The notes under the pieces were generated by a model, which saw only the letters and a list, made by a program, of their open reading frames with translations, searched no databases and was not told the DNA's origin. A stretch of DNA of 64,000 nucleotides from Rebecca billardiae RCC1528 (Eukaryota > Protista > Haptophyta): positions 1,339,883 to 1,403,882 of the forward strand of contig OZ251245.1 in the NCBI GenBank assembly GCA_965240325.2, given 5' to 3'. The position numbers and the translations under genes were made by a program. Shown here one piece after another: positions 1-11,996 of this stretch (position 1 is the stretch's first letter; the number at the start of each line of letters is the position of its first letter).

Positions 1-3000
1 GAGAACTGACGCACCCAGTCGGACGGCTGCGACGGGTGGATGAGCGTCTGCATCGCCGCGTTGCGCCGCACGCGGACGCGGTCGTCGAGGGAGCGGCCCT
101 GCACCCACAGCGCCGAGCGGTACGTCTCGTGGAACACGCAGTCCTCCACGAGCACGTCCGACACGCCGTCCATCCACACCGCGCCCGACTGCGCCTGCGA
201 GACGACCACGCGGCGCAGCGCCGACTCGTGCCCGCCGCCCGCCGCGAGCCCGACCGACGCGCCGAGGTACGCGAAGCGGACGGCGGGGAGCTCGTGGTCG
301 CGCTTGCCGAGCCGGACGAGCTCGACGTCCGAGAAGTTCGCCACGCCGGCCGACTGCCCGTCCAGCGTGCCGCCCACGTAGATGTGCCCGCCGAAGCTCG
401 CGTCGGGCTCGAGCGTGCGCACGGCCACGTTGGACCAGCCGCCGACCAGCGCGACGGGCGCGCCGAGGTGCAGCCCGTGCGGCCAGTGCGCCGAGTCGGA
501 GGGCGCCATCACCTGCCCGCCGAAGTGGCGGTGCGCGAGCGCCGCGTCGATCTGCACGCTCGTCGTGTCGCTCGCCGCGTCGTACTCGGGCGCCGCCACG
601 AGCCGCACCGTCTCGGCGTCGGTGGTGGCGGGCGGCTGCGGGAACTCGGTCGCGCCGATCGCGATCAGCGCGTCCGCGCGCCACGCGCTCAGGTTGCCGC
701 GGAGCACGAGCTGCGTGGCGCCGACGTCGGCGGTGGCGGCGAGGCGCGTCCACGGCTGCGCGTCGAGCCGCGTCCCCGCCGCGTGGAACGAGCCGAGCAC
801 GCCCACCACCTTCTTGAGCGCGTCGAAGCCGCCCTCGTGCAGGCTGACCGAAACATCGTCCGGCCCGCCCCACAGCGAGAGTGAGGCCGACGCGTTCGGC
901 GGCATCGGCTCGAGCGGCGAGCCGAGGTGGAGCTCGCCGTAGACGAGGACGGAGCGCGCGGTGAGCGACGTGTGGTTCCCCGTGTCCGCGTGCAGCCGCG
1001 CCCCCGCGAAGATCGTCACCCAGTTGAGCGCGGGCGTGTGCACGTCGAGCAGCACCGAGTCTGCGCCGCTCAGGTACACGTTGTCGCCCGCAGCGGGCAG
1101 CCGGCCCAGCTCCTCGTCGGAGGCCTGCAGCCGGCGCGCGAGCGTGCGCCGCGCGGCGTAGGCGAGGCGCGGGCTGCGCCCGCCCAGCGCGGCGCGCACG
1201 TTGCGCGCCGCGCGCTCCGCCGACGCCTGCGAGAGGCTGCGGCTGCGGCGGCCGCGGCGGCCGCGCCGCGCTGCGCCGCCGCCGCCGTCGCCGTCGCCGT
1301 CGTCGTCGTCGCCGCAGCCGCCGAGGTACTGGCAGTCGTCGTCGGAGAGGGGGCCGCAGTCGTAGAGCGCGGCGCCTGGGTACTGCTTGACACAGCGCCA
1401 GATCTCCGCGTCCGACCAGCGGCGGAACGGCGGCAGCGGCCCCGGCGGCGGCGGCGGCGGGATGGGGCAGCCCTCGACGGGGCAGAGGCGCGCGTGCAGC
1501 TGCGTGCTCAGCTGCGCCTCTCGCGCGCCCTTCTCCGAGACGACGGTCGTGAGGCGCCCGCCGACCTGCCCGACGTCGGGCTGCTTGGAGAACTCGTCCT
1601 GGACGTAGTAGTCGCTCATGTTCATGTAGTTCCCCTCGCACGCCGCCTGCGCCGGCGCGGTGAGGTTGGTGAAGCGCGCGCACTCGTGCGCCCACAGCTT
1701 GAGCGCGTGCTGCCCAAACCGGTCGCGGTCCTGGTCCGGCTCGCGGTCGAGCGCGGCGCCCGCGCTCGAGTCGAAGTGGTGGCGGTACTCGGAGTAGTTG
1801 AGGTGCAGCGTGGCGCGCTCGATCGTCGGCCGCGCGATCGTGCCGTTGCCCTCCGCCCAGCCGTGCGCCTCGAAGACGTACGGGCGGACCGACCAGCTGA
1901 GGCGCAGCTGCCGCCAGTCCGTCACGTCGTCCACGCGCAGGTCGTACGTGTAGTTGGCGAGGGCGGGCACGCCCCACCCGCCGAACTTGGCGATGTCGTA
2001 CGGGATGGCGTCGGTGCCCGCCTCGGTCGCGACGAGCAGGTCCTCGCCGTCCAGCTGGAACGGCTCGTAGTCGTTCAGCTTGAGCAGCCGCAGCCGCACC
2101 GAGCCGTCGGCGCGGCCGCACGCGATGCCGCCCGCAAACCGCGCGTCGCCCCACGCGCACACGCCGTCCGCCCAGTGGTTGAACGCGGCGTCGAAGGTGA
2201 CGAAGCCGTTGGGGTGGCCGGTGAGCGTGCCGTCGAGGTCCCAGAAGATCCCCGCCTTGCCCGCCGGCGACGTCGTGCGCACGCTCGAGTTGACCCACGC
2301 CGTGCGCTCGTAGCGCATCGTGCACATGTTGTCGTTGCAGCCGGACAGCACGGGCGTGTCGAAGTAGTTGGAGACGTGCAGCCCCGAGACGAGCCAGTAC
2401 TCGTTGTCCTTGGGCGAGTGCACGGCGAGGCCGGCGCGCGCGACGCCCTCCACCGGGTCCACGCTGCCCACGAGCACGAGGTCCGAGAAGAACGGCTCGT
2501 CGTGCAGCCCGTTCATGTAGTGGTTGAGGTGGACCGCGCGGCCGCACTCGAGGAAGCGGTGGTCCTCGTGGTTGATGTTGCCAGATGAGTAGTAAAACAT
2601 GCCCACGCCGCAGCGGAAGGCGGTGAACTTGCCAAAGTCCTTGTGCACGGGCGGCTGGTGCGGCGGGAAGAGCCGCCAGCCGAAGCCGCACAGGTGCGCC
2701 GAGTTGTTGAAGAAGTCAAAGTTCCACTGCCCCTTGCCGCCGCTCTGCACGTTGAGCTTCCAGCCGCGCGCGCAGCCGACCGCGAGGTTGGACGTGTGCA
2801 CGCCGGTGAAGCCGGGGAGCCAGAAGCCCGCGGGCGTGGTGTCGTCGCCGAGCAGCAGCGGGTGCGGGATCGCCGAGACCGCCAGGTTGTTCCGGATGTC
2901 CGCGAAGTCCTCGTCGCCCGCCTCCGTGAAGAAGTTGTGCCCCGAGACGCGGTACGCGACGTTGTCTCGCACCCACGCAAAGTCGGAGCCGTGCACGACC

Positions 3001-6000
3001 ACCGCGCGCTGGAACGTGTCGTGGTACACGTTCGAGCGCAGGTAGCCCGCGCCGTCGACGACGTCGACGTTGCGCCCGGGCGAGAGGTTGTGCCAGTGGC
3101 TCGTGTACCGGCCGAAGTTCGCCGCCTGCCCCGTGCGCGTGTACTCGACGTTGGAGACGCGCATCACGCCGCCGAAGAAGGCGCCCGTGTGCGCGCCAAA
3201 CCGGTACGCAGCGCCCGCGCGCACCGACGCGTCGTCGCCGCGCACGACGACGTTGCGCTCGAGCAGCGCGACGGCGGCGCGCAGGTCGGACGGCTCGGCG
3301 CCCTCGTCGTGCCAGTGCCACACGCCCAGGTGCTCGTGCCGCAGCGGCTCGTCGAGCACGAGCGTGCGGCCGCCGTCCTCGAGCGCGCGCACGGCGCGCT
3401 CCTCGACATGCCACGCCGCGTCCGAGGGCGTCACGAGCACGCGCGCGCCGAGCGGCCAGTCGACGGGCTCGGCGAGGCGGAGGCGCGCGTCGCCGGGCGC
3501 GGCGGTCTGCACGAGCCGCGTCCACGGGTGCCGCGGCGCGCCGTGCATGTCCAGGTGCCCCACCTGCCGCACGGGGCACGGGTCTGCCGCGGAGAAGCGC
3601 ACCGCGCCCTCGGCCGGCTGGCCCGACGACTGGATGGTCGGCTGGTGGCACCCGCCGTGCAGCCCGCCGAGGTTGGTCACGGCGAGCATCTTGGAGCCGA
3701 TGAAGGGCAGCTCGATCGTGCTCCACCGGTCGCCGTGCAGCGTGATCGTCGCGCGGTGCGTGAACGGCTCCGCCTCCGTGCCGACGCGCAGCGTGCCGCC
3801 CGCCACCCAGATGTAGGTGGCGTCCAGGCACACGTCCGCGCGCGCAAACTCGAGCAGCCCCGAGACGAGGAGGAGGAAGAGGGTGGGCGAGGGCGCGTCG
3901 AGGAGGATGGCCTGGCCGCTCGGCACGATCACCGAGTCGCCGTCCGCGGGCATCTCCGAGTCGAGCCACGAGCGCTCGTCCGACCACAGGTCGATGTACG
4001 CAAACGCGGCCGCGGTCGGGTGCGCGAGCAGAGCGCGCCCCTTGCCGCCCACCACCACCTCCACGGACGGCTCGAAGAGCTCGGACGTGCGCGCGCCGGT
4101 GAGGCACTCGAGCGCGCCGTCGGCGGCGGAGGTGACGGCGCACGGGTACCCGTTGAGCTGCACGCTCACGCCGCCCGCCGCCGCCGCGCCGCTCAGCTCC
4201 GCGCCGCCGCCGTCGACGGGCGCGAGGCCGGCGCCGCTGATCGTGACGAGCGTGCCGCCGCGCGCGGAGCCCTGCCGCGGCGAGATCGCGTGCACCGTGG
4301 GCGTGCGCGGGAGCGAGTGGGCGAGGCGCGCGCCGATCGCCGCGCCGGCGCCGAGCCCGCCCGGCGCGTCGGCGAGCGGGTGCGACACTCCGACCAGCTC
4401 GACGGCGCAGCTCTGCTCGTCGCTCGCGGACGTGAGCACGCCGTCAAAGCGGACGCCGCGGAACAGCTCGCCCGCCGAGCGGCACGCGCCGCGCGGCAGG
4501 CGCAGGCGGAAGGCCTGCGCGACGAGCGGCGGCTCGACGCCCCACACGTTCCAGCCCACCTCGATCCCCGCGCCCGTGTCCTGCGCCGTCGAGACGTCCG
4601 CCACCGCCGTCCACGCCGCGGGCTCGTCAAAGTCTCCGTACTCGGCGCCCGCGCCCGCGCTCACGTTGCGAACCTCCAGCACGGCGCGCAGCGCGAGCTG
4701 CCGGCGCGCGGGGTCGACGGCGGGGAAGAACTTGGCGGCGACGACGGTGGCGGCCTGCGCGCTCGGCAGCGTCATCGCGAACCAGCACTCCTCGTTCCGG
4801 TTGCGCCACACCGGCGGCTCCTCGCTCGTGCGCAGCTGGCGCGGCCGGTCGATGGGCGCGGTGAACGCGTCGCGCGCCAGCTCCTCCTCAAACACGTCGG
4901 CCGGCCGGTTGGTGGTGAAGGCGGCGGCGTGCGGGGCGAGGTCGGCGGGGGCGAACGCGGCGGGCAGCGCGTCGAGCAGCGCGCGCGTCGTGTGCGCCGG
5001 CGTGCGGCACGCCGCGTGCGTGCCGTTCGCCCAGAGCGGCGCGCACGGCAGGCCGCACACCGTCACGGCCGGCCCGGCCGCGCCGCCGCCCGCCGCGTCG
5101 GGCTCGGGCTCGAGCGAGTCGCCCAGGCCGGCGCCGCCGAGAACGAGCTCGAGGCCGCCGCCGTGGCCGACGTCGAGCGTGGCGTTCGGGTCCGCCGCGT
5201 GCGCGCTCGCCGCGCCCACGTGCACCACGTCCACCGACGCGTCGATCGCGAGCGGCAGCGCGTTGCTCCAGCCGTTGGCGGCCGCCGACCACACGCGCAC
5301 CGACCACTCGCCAGCGGCCGTCGAGCCGGGAGGCCGCTCGCACGCGAGGTGCGTGCCGTTCCAGCCGCCGAGCAGCGCGCACGGCAGGTTGGCGTCGGGC
5401 GTGGGCGCGTTGCCCAGCGCGACCAGCCCCGCCGGCGCCTCGCCCCACCCCGCGCCCGCGAGGCCGAGGCCGAGCGGCTCGTCCGCGCTACCGCCGCCGC
5501 CGCTGAGCGTCGAGAGAGCGCGCAGCCGCGGCGAGTGCGCGGCGCTCGAGTACGCGAAGGCGGCGCGCGCGACGGCGTGCGCGCCGTTGACGGCGGCGCG
5601 CACGTCCGCGCCCGCCGTGTACCGCGCCAGCTCCAGCCGCGTGTACACCTCGTACCCCGGCTGCGCCGTGTCGAAGTGGCACGAGTCCTCGGAGCATGAG
5701 TCGAGCGCGCACCGCATCTTCTGGCACACGCGCGGGTACGCGCGGAAGTTGACGGCGGTGCAGCGCCCGTCGGCGTCGGCCTCGCACGAGGCGATGCAGG
5801 CCTCGAGCGAGGAGGCGTCGACGTTCGAGCCGTCGTCCGACTCGCAGCCCGCGCGGAAGCCGCTCGGCGCGTTGAGCAGCGACCACGCGGGCACGGCCGC
5901 CGTGTAGCACTCCACCGCCGTGTGCGAGGCGGACTCTGCCGCGACCGCGCACGGCACGCCGCCCACCGAGACGACGGTGGGCGCGGACTCGGCGGAGGGC

Positions 6001-6523
6001 GCGCCCTCGCCGCCGCCGAAGCCCGAGCCCGTGAGCGTGAGCCGCGTGCCGCCGTGCCACGAGCCGCCCGGCGGGCTCACGCCGTGCACCTCGAGGCGCT
6101 GCGTAAAGGTGAACGCGGACGCGCCCTCCACCCCGTCCGCGAGCGCCGCGCCGAGCGCCCAGCCGACGCTCGGCAGGAAGACGCCGACGGGGTGGGCGCC
6201 CGCGGCGAAGGGGCAGAGCGGCACCTTGAGCACGCCGCCCGCGCCGCCGGGCAGCAGCGTCGCCTCGCCCACCGCGCAGCGCGCGCGCCCAAAGTACACC
6301 TCCGCCGCGGCGAGCGCCGAGCCGTTGGGCCCGAGCCAGCCGCCCAGCTCGATGACCACGAGCGGCGCGCTGCCGTTGGCCGGCGCGTGCGCGCCCTCGA
6401 GCGGCGAGACGGAGAGCGCGAGCGGCGTGCGCTCCTGCTCGAAGCCGAAGCGGCACGCGCGCGCCGCGTCGCACCGCGCCGCCACGTTGTTGCGCCGCAG
6501 CTCCACCGTGCCGAAGCGCGGCA

Positions 6524-6554
<31 letters not shown>

Positions 6555-6885
6555 GGGCGAGGGCGGCGGCGGGTGCGGCGGCGGCGGCGCGGGCGGCGGC
6601 GAGGGCGGCGGCGAGGGCGGCGGCGCGGGCGGCGGCGGGCTCGGCGGCGGCGCGGGCGGCGGCGTAGGCGGCGGGCTCGGCGGCGACGGCGGCGGCGACG
6701 GCGGCGGCGACGGCGGCGGGCTCGGCGGCGGGCTCGGCGGCGGCGGGCTCGGCGGCGGGCTGGGCGGCGGGCTGGGCGGCGGCGGGCTGGGCGGCGGGCG
6801 CGGCGGCAGCGGGCTCGGCGGCGGCGGGCTCGGCGGCGGCGGGCTCGGCGGCGGCGGGCTCGGCGGGCTCGGCGGCAGCGCGGGC

Positions 6886-6916
<31 letters not shown>

Positions 6917-9900
6917 CCGAGGGCGGCGGGAGCGGCGGCGGCGGCGGCGGCGCCGAGGGCGGCGGCAGTGGCGGCGGCGGCGCGCGCGGCGGCGCGCGCG
7001 GCGGCGCGCGCGGCGGCGCGCCCGGCGGCGAGGGCGGCGGCGACACCACAATCGCCAGCGGCGGCGGCGCCGGCGGCGGGCGCGGCGGCAGCGGGCTCGG
7101 CGGCGGCGGGCTCGGCGGCGGCGGGCTCGGTGGCGGCGGGCTCGGCGGCTCGTCCTCGAGCAGGATGCGCGCGCCGAACAGCAGCTGGCGCGCGCCGCCG
7201 GCGCCGGCGCCGCCGCCGTGCGGCGCGCGCGGCGGCGGCACGGCCGCGCCGCCGCGGCCGCCCGCGCCACCCGCGGCCGCCTCGGCCGCCTCCGCCGAGG
7301 CGTCGGCGTCGGCGCGCTCGGCGCGCGCGGCGTCGGCCGCGCGCAGCCGCTCGCGCTCGCGCGCGAGCGCCACCTCGTGCGGCGCCTCGCCCGGCGGCGC
7401 GCGCTCGAGCACGCCGAGCGCGCGCGCGACCGCGTGATCGGCCGCGGCCGCGTGGTGCCGCAGCCGGCCGCGCGCGAGCAGCGCGCCCGCGAGCGCGCGC
7501 GCGTGGTCGCCGCGCGGGTCGGAGGGGGCGCCCTCGTCGACGGGCACGCCGCCGCCGTCGAGCCGCCGCCCGCGCCGCATCCCCGCCTCCGCACCCTCCT
7601 CCGCCCGCTCCAGCCGGCGCACGAAGCCCAGGTCCGCCGCGCCGCCCAGCGCGCACACGAGCTCGGTCTCGTTGCCGCGCACGGGTGCGCACGGCAGACC
7701 CTCGCCATCGTCCATGCGCACGGTCACGCTCTGCGAGCCGTCGGCGCCGTCGGGGGCGAAGCCGACGCCGCGCAGCGTGAGCTGCGTGCCGCCCGCCCGC
7801 GAGCCGAGCGCCGGGCTCGTCTCCGCCACCGCGAAGTCCGAGCTGAGCACGGCGGCGCTGGAGTTGGCCAGGCCGAGACCGCGCGAGCTGCGCCAGAGGG
7901 CCACGGCACCGCCCGAGCGCGCGGCCGGCACGGGCGCGGCGCGGATGAGCCAGCAGGTGACGCGCGTGTCCGTGCGCGTGCGCACGGCGCACGGCCGCCC
8001 GCCCACGCCGACGAGCAGCACGTCCTCCTCCGCCTCCGCCCCCGCCTCCGCCGACGCGTTCGCCCCGCGCCCGAAGCCGCCCCCGCTGAGCGTGAGCATG
8101 GTGGACACGGCCGCGGACACAAACGGAGGCTGCACCGCGCTCACGACGGGGGTGGCGTGCAGCGCGCGGGAGAAGGAGCCGCGCGGCGCGGCGGCGGTGG
8201 AGGGCGGCTGCGCCAGCGTGAGCGTGCCCACCACCACCGCCTCGCCGCCGGGCAGCCCCGACGCGATCGCCACGTCGAGCGCGCCTCCGGCCTCCGAGCC
8301 GTTGGGCGCGGGCGGCGTGGCGGCGGGCTGCGCTGGCAGCAGGCCGGGGACTGGCGGCGTGAGGCAGCTGAGCGCCGCCGAGCTGTTGTCCGAGAGCGCG
8401 GCGTCGAGCGCGGCGGTTGGGCCGAGGAGGTCCGCGAGCGCCCCCGGCTCGACGCACGGCACGCCGCCGAGCAGCACCCGCGCGCACGGCAGCCCACGCA
8501 GCCCGCTGCCCCGCAGCCGCAGCGCCGTGCCGCCAGCCGCCGAGCCGAGCGCCGGCTCGATCGCCTGCACCGACGCGAGGAGCTCGACCGAGAGCGGCGC
8601 GGCGGGGTCGGTGCCGCCGCGCGTGGCGGAGATGACGCGCACGGCGTGCACGCCCGCGCGCCCGTCGAGCACCGTGCAGTTCAGCGTGTGCGCGCGCCCG
8701 ACGCCGCCGTCGGGCGCGGGCGGCGGCGCGCCGGGCGGCGCGCCGCCGTCGACGAGTGCGCCGCAGCTGGGCGCGCCCGGCCCCGCGCCCAGCCGGACGA
8801 GCACGGCGCCAGAGCGCAGCGCGCCGTCGACGGCGGAGGCGTTGGTCGCGTCGTCCTCGTCGAAGAGGTTGGCGACGACGAGCGAGAGCACCTCGCCCAC
8901 GCGCACGCCCTGCGCCGGCGCCACCGCGAGCAGCCGCGGCGTGAGGTCCGCGCGCACCTCAAAGCTCGGGTGCTTGGCTTGCTCCGAGCCGCCGACCACG
9001 CCGAGCGTCGAGACGCAGACGGGCGCGTGCGTACCCGCGCCGAAGCCCTCGGCGGAGCCCGGGAGCGGGCGGCGGAACCAGTCGGCGGGCACGCGCTCGA
9101 TCATCAGCGCGTCCTCGTCGCCGTCCTCCAGCGTGAGCACCGCCATGCTGAAGCCCTCCCCCCGCAGTCCGGACGTGTCCAGCTGAACGCTCACGTTGCC
9201 CAGCGGCGCGCGCACGCGCACAAACACGGAGAAGGACGACCACGCGGGCCAGGCGGCCTCGGTGTCCCACGCCTCGAGCTCGAGGGCCTTGAAGTCGGAC
9301 GTCCAGCCGTCGCGCTCGAACGGCCCCTCCGTCAGCCGCTCGAGCAGCGCCGACGCCGCCTTGGCGCCGGACGCCGACCAGGCGGCGCGCGCGTCGATGG
9401 GCGGCGACCACAGGCCGCCCGCCCCCACGCGGAAGCTTCCGCCCAGCGGCGCGGCCGCGCGCAGCAGCGTGATGGTGAGGCCGAGGCCGGAGCCGGGCTC
9501 GCACTTGGGCTGGCCGCGCGGCGTCGTCGCGCGCTCCACCGCGCCGAGCAGCTCCGACGCCGTCTGCACCGCGCAGCGGAACTCGACGGTCCAGCGCGCG
9601 CCCAGCCCGCCGTTGGCCGGCTCCTTGCTCACGGCAATGTCACGGCACGGCAGCACCGGCACGCACGTGCGCCGGCCGGCGGCGTCGAAGGCGAGGGCGC
9701 ACGCGCCCTCGAGCAGGGCCTGCACGTCCTCCGCGCTCGCCGTCGTCGGGATCGCCACCGTCGCCGTCGAGCCCACCCCCGCCGGCCCCACCCTGACGTA
9801 GAACTGGGCGCACGCGCCGCTGACGTTGACGCTGAGCACGTGCCGCTCAAAGGCGGCGGGCGCGCGCGAGAGCGTGAGCAGGGCGAGCTCGCCGGCGGGC

Positions 9901-11585
9901 GCGGCGGCGGTGAGGACGGAGGCGTCGGCGTCGGAGAGCACGCGCGGCGCCGCCTGCGCCGCGCCGCGCCCCACGCGCGGCGGCAGCGCCGTCGCGCCGC
10001 GCAGCCCATGCACTTTGAGGCCGATCCTTGTCCACTCGTCGGACGTGGCCATGCGGTGCAGCACGCGCACTGCGTACGCGCGCCCGCCCTCGAGCGGCAG
10101 CGGGCGCGAGACCTTGCGCGTGGGGCCGGCCACGTCGTCCGGCCCGCGCGCCGACGCGTCGAGCGGCGTGTAGAACGCCGCGGGCGAGCTCGTCGCGTCG
10201 CGCCGGTGGTTCCTCGAGAGCGCGCTGAACGCCGCCACAGCCTGCGCGGCCCCAAACTCGGGGCCCGCCGAGAGCTGCAGCTCGCCGTCGTCGTCGCCGC
10301 CGAAGAAGAAGGTGTAGTTGGCGGTGAGCGGCGGGACGAAGTAGCCCGTGGCCTCGCGCACGAGGTGGTTCGTCGCCTCCGGGTTGATCCGCGACGGCTC
10401 CTCCCAGCGCACGAAGTCCACGCGGTCGTTGAGCACGCCGCTCGCAAACGGCGCGCCGCGCGGCTCTGCGTCGTACTGCGCTGCGCTCCAAGTGCGGTAC
10501 GAGAGGCCGCGCAGCGTGGAGGCGGGCGCGTCGTCGGGGTGGTCGTGCGCGAGGGGGAGCGTGTCGGGCAGCGTGCACACCAGCCGCTCCGCGCTCGCCT
10601 CGCGCACCGCGCACGCCGCGCCGCCCACGGTGACGACGTTGTCCTCCTCGCGCTCGGAGAAGGCCGCGCCCGAGAGCGTGAGCGACTGCCCGCCGTGCAG
10701 CCCGCCGCTCGCCGGGCTGACGGCGTCGAGGCGCGGGTAGATGGTGAAGTGGTACGGCGTGGCCGTGGCGAGGTCGACCGTCCCCGCCCAGTCGCGCCGG
10801 CGCGCGGGCGGCAGGTGCTTGCTCTGCGCGCGCCGCACCACGGGCGCGTGGCCGTACCCGTTGGTGCGCGCCGACCACGCCGCCTGCGCAAAGTCCTCCA
10901 CAAAGCACGCGGGGTTGGCGCACTCGGCGAGGTCGGGGCGGAGCGAGGCGAGGCGGAGGGTGAGGTTGTGGTGGCCCGGCACGATCGCCGCGCCCGCGGG
11001 CAGCTCGCACCGCGCGCCGCCGCGCAGCGGCCGCTCCTCCTCGTCGAAGACGCAGCGCGTGCCGCCGACGCTGAGGAACAGCTGCTCCGCCGAGGACGCG
11101 CCGCGGAAGTCGCCGTCGAGGCGGAGGAGGTCGCCGGCGGAGGCGGCCCAGCGGTTGGCCCAGTCGATCATCGGCGTGTTGTCCGCGCGGTACTGGAACG
11201 CCGACGGCTCCTGCGCGAGCACCGCCTCGCCTACGCCCGACGTGACCTGCACGCTCAGCGGCAGTCGCACCGAGTCCGCCCACGGCGTCGGCGCGGCGCG
11301 CGTGACGCAGACGATGCGCGTGGCGTTGGTGTAGTGCGACATGATGTCGCACGGCACCGTGCCCACGAGCACCACCTGCGCGTCCCACGGGTTCGCGTCC
11401 GCCGGCATCATGAAGCCCGCGCCCTCGACGACGACAAACGTGCCGCCCGCCGTCGAGCCGCGGCTCGGGAACACGCGCGTGATGTCGACGGCGGAGGCGG
11501 GGCGGGCGGCGAGCGCGAGGAGCGCGGCGCCGACGAGGGAGGCGCGCGCCGGCACGGCGCGCGCGCGCGCGCTGCGAACGCCCAT
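1..11585 (-). CDS. PKHD1L1: Fibrocystin-L / PKHD1L1-like giant secreted or surface protein (signal peptide, multiple IPT/TIG, PA14-like, Ser/Pro linker, two G8 domains, beta-helix region); 3' end lies outside the window
   Basis: Manual minus-strand translation from ATG at 11585: MGVRSARARAVPARASLVGAALLALAARPASA-VDITRVFPSRGSTAGGTFVVVEGAGF (signal peptide + TIG). PA14-like ATGYFVPPLTANYTFFFGGDDDGELQLS at ~10.3 kb. G8 #1 WSDERSWLDSEMPADGDSVIVPSGQAILLD...LDATYIWVAGGTLRVGTEAEPFTHRATITLHG at ~3.7-4.0 kb. G8 #2 LPAAGDNVYLSGADSVLLDV...ARSVLVYGELHLGS at ~0.9-1.1 kb. The same frame is still open at base 3 (...HPSQPSDWVRQF). The + ORFs at 36, 927, 2643 and 5922 all share its codon boundaries (antisense shadows). 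Confidence 0.88.
6520..7147 (-). repeat. Coding (SPPPP)n extensin-like Pro/Ser-rich linker inside the PKHD1L1-like ORF
   Basis: Plus-strand GGGCTCGGCGGCGGC units read CCG-CCG-CCG-AGC (PPPS) in the gene frame. Confidence 0.85.
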
Positions 11586-11996
11586 CGAGCGCGTTCGGCG
11601 AGGGAGCGCGCCGACCGAGACGCCGACGAGGCTTGGATGATGCGCTTTGAGCAGTTACGCTCGCGCCCGTCTGCGGAGGTTCACCTTTCAAGCCGCGATG
11701 CGGGTACGATGAATGAAGCTTTCTAGTTGTATCCGTGCTTGCGGGCGGGCCCCTTTGTGGACCCCTGCCCTTGAACAGGCCAGCAGGCGGGCACGGCGGT
11801 TTCATCATCGAGCCCCAACATCCGTACCAAAGATACCGCCAATGAGGATAATAGGTGAAGGATTAGACGCCCGTAATGGGCGCTTGCATGGTGTAAGTCA
11901 ACGATGGTTCATGGGCGGGCGTGCTGAATCGAGATGGAGACATAGTATCAGGCGGAGCTTGCAGGTTTCGTGGATGAGCATGACGGCCACAGTGAG

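Noticed and set aside
36-11726. Long + strand ORFs (36..884, 927..2588, 2643..5699, 5922..11726 and others)
   Set aside because: Antisense or frame shadows of the minus-strand fibrocystin-like gene; Arg/Ala-rich translations typical of very high GC3.
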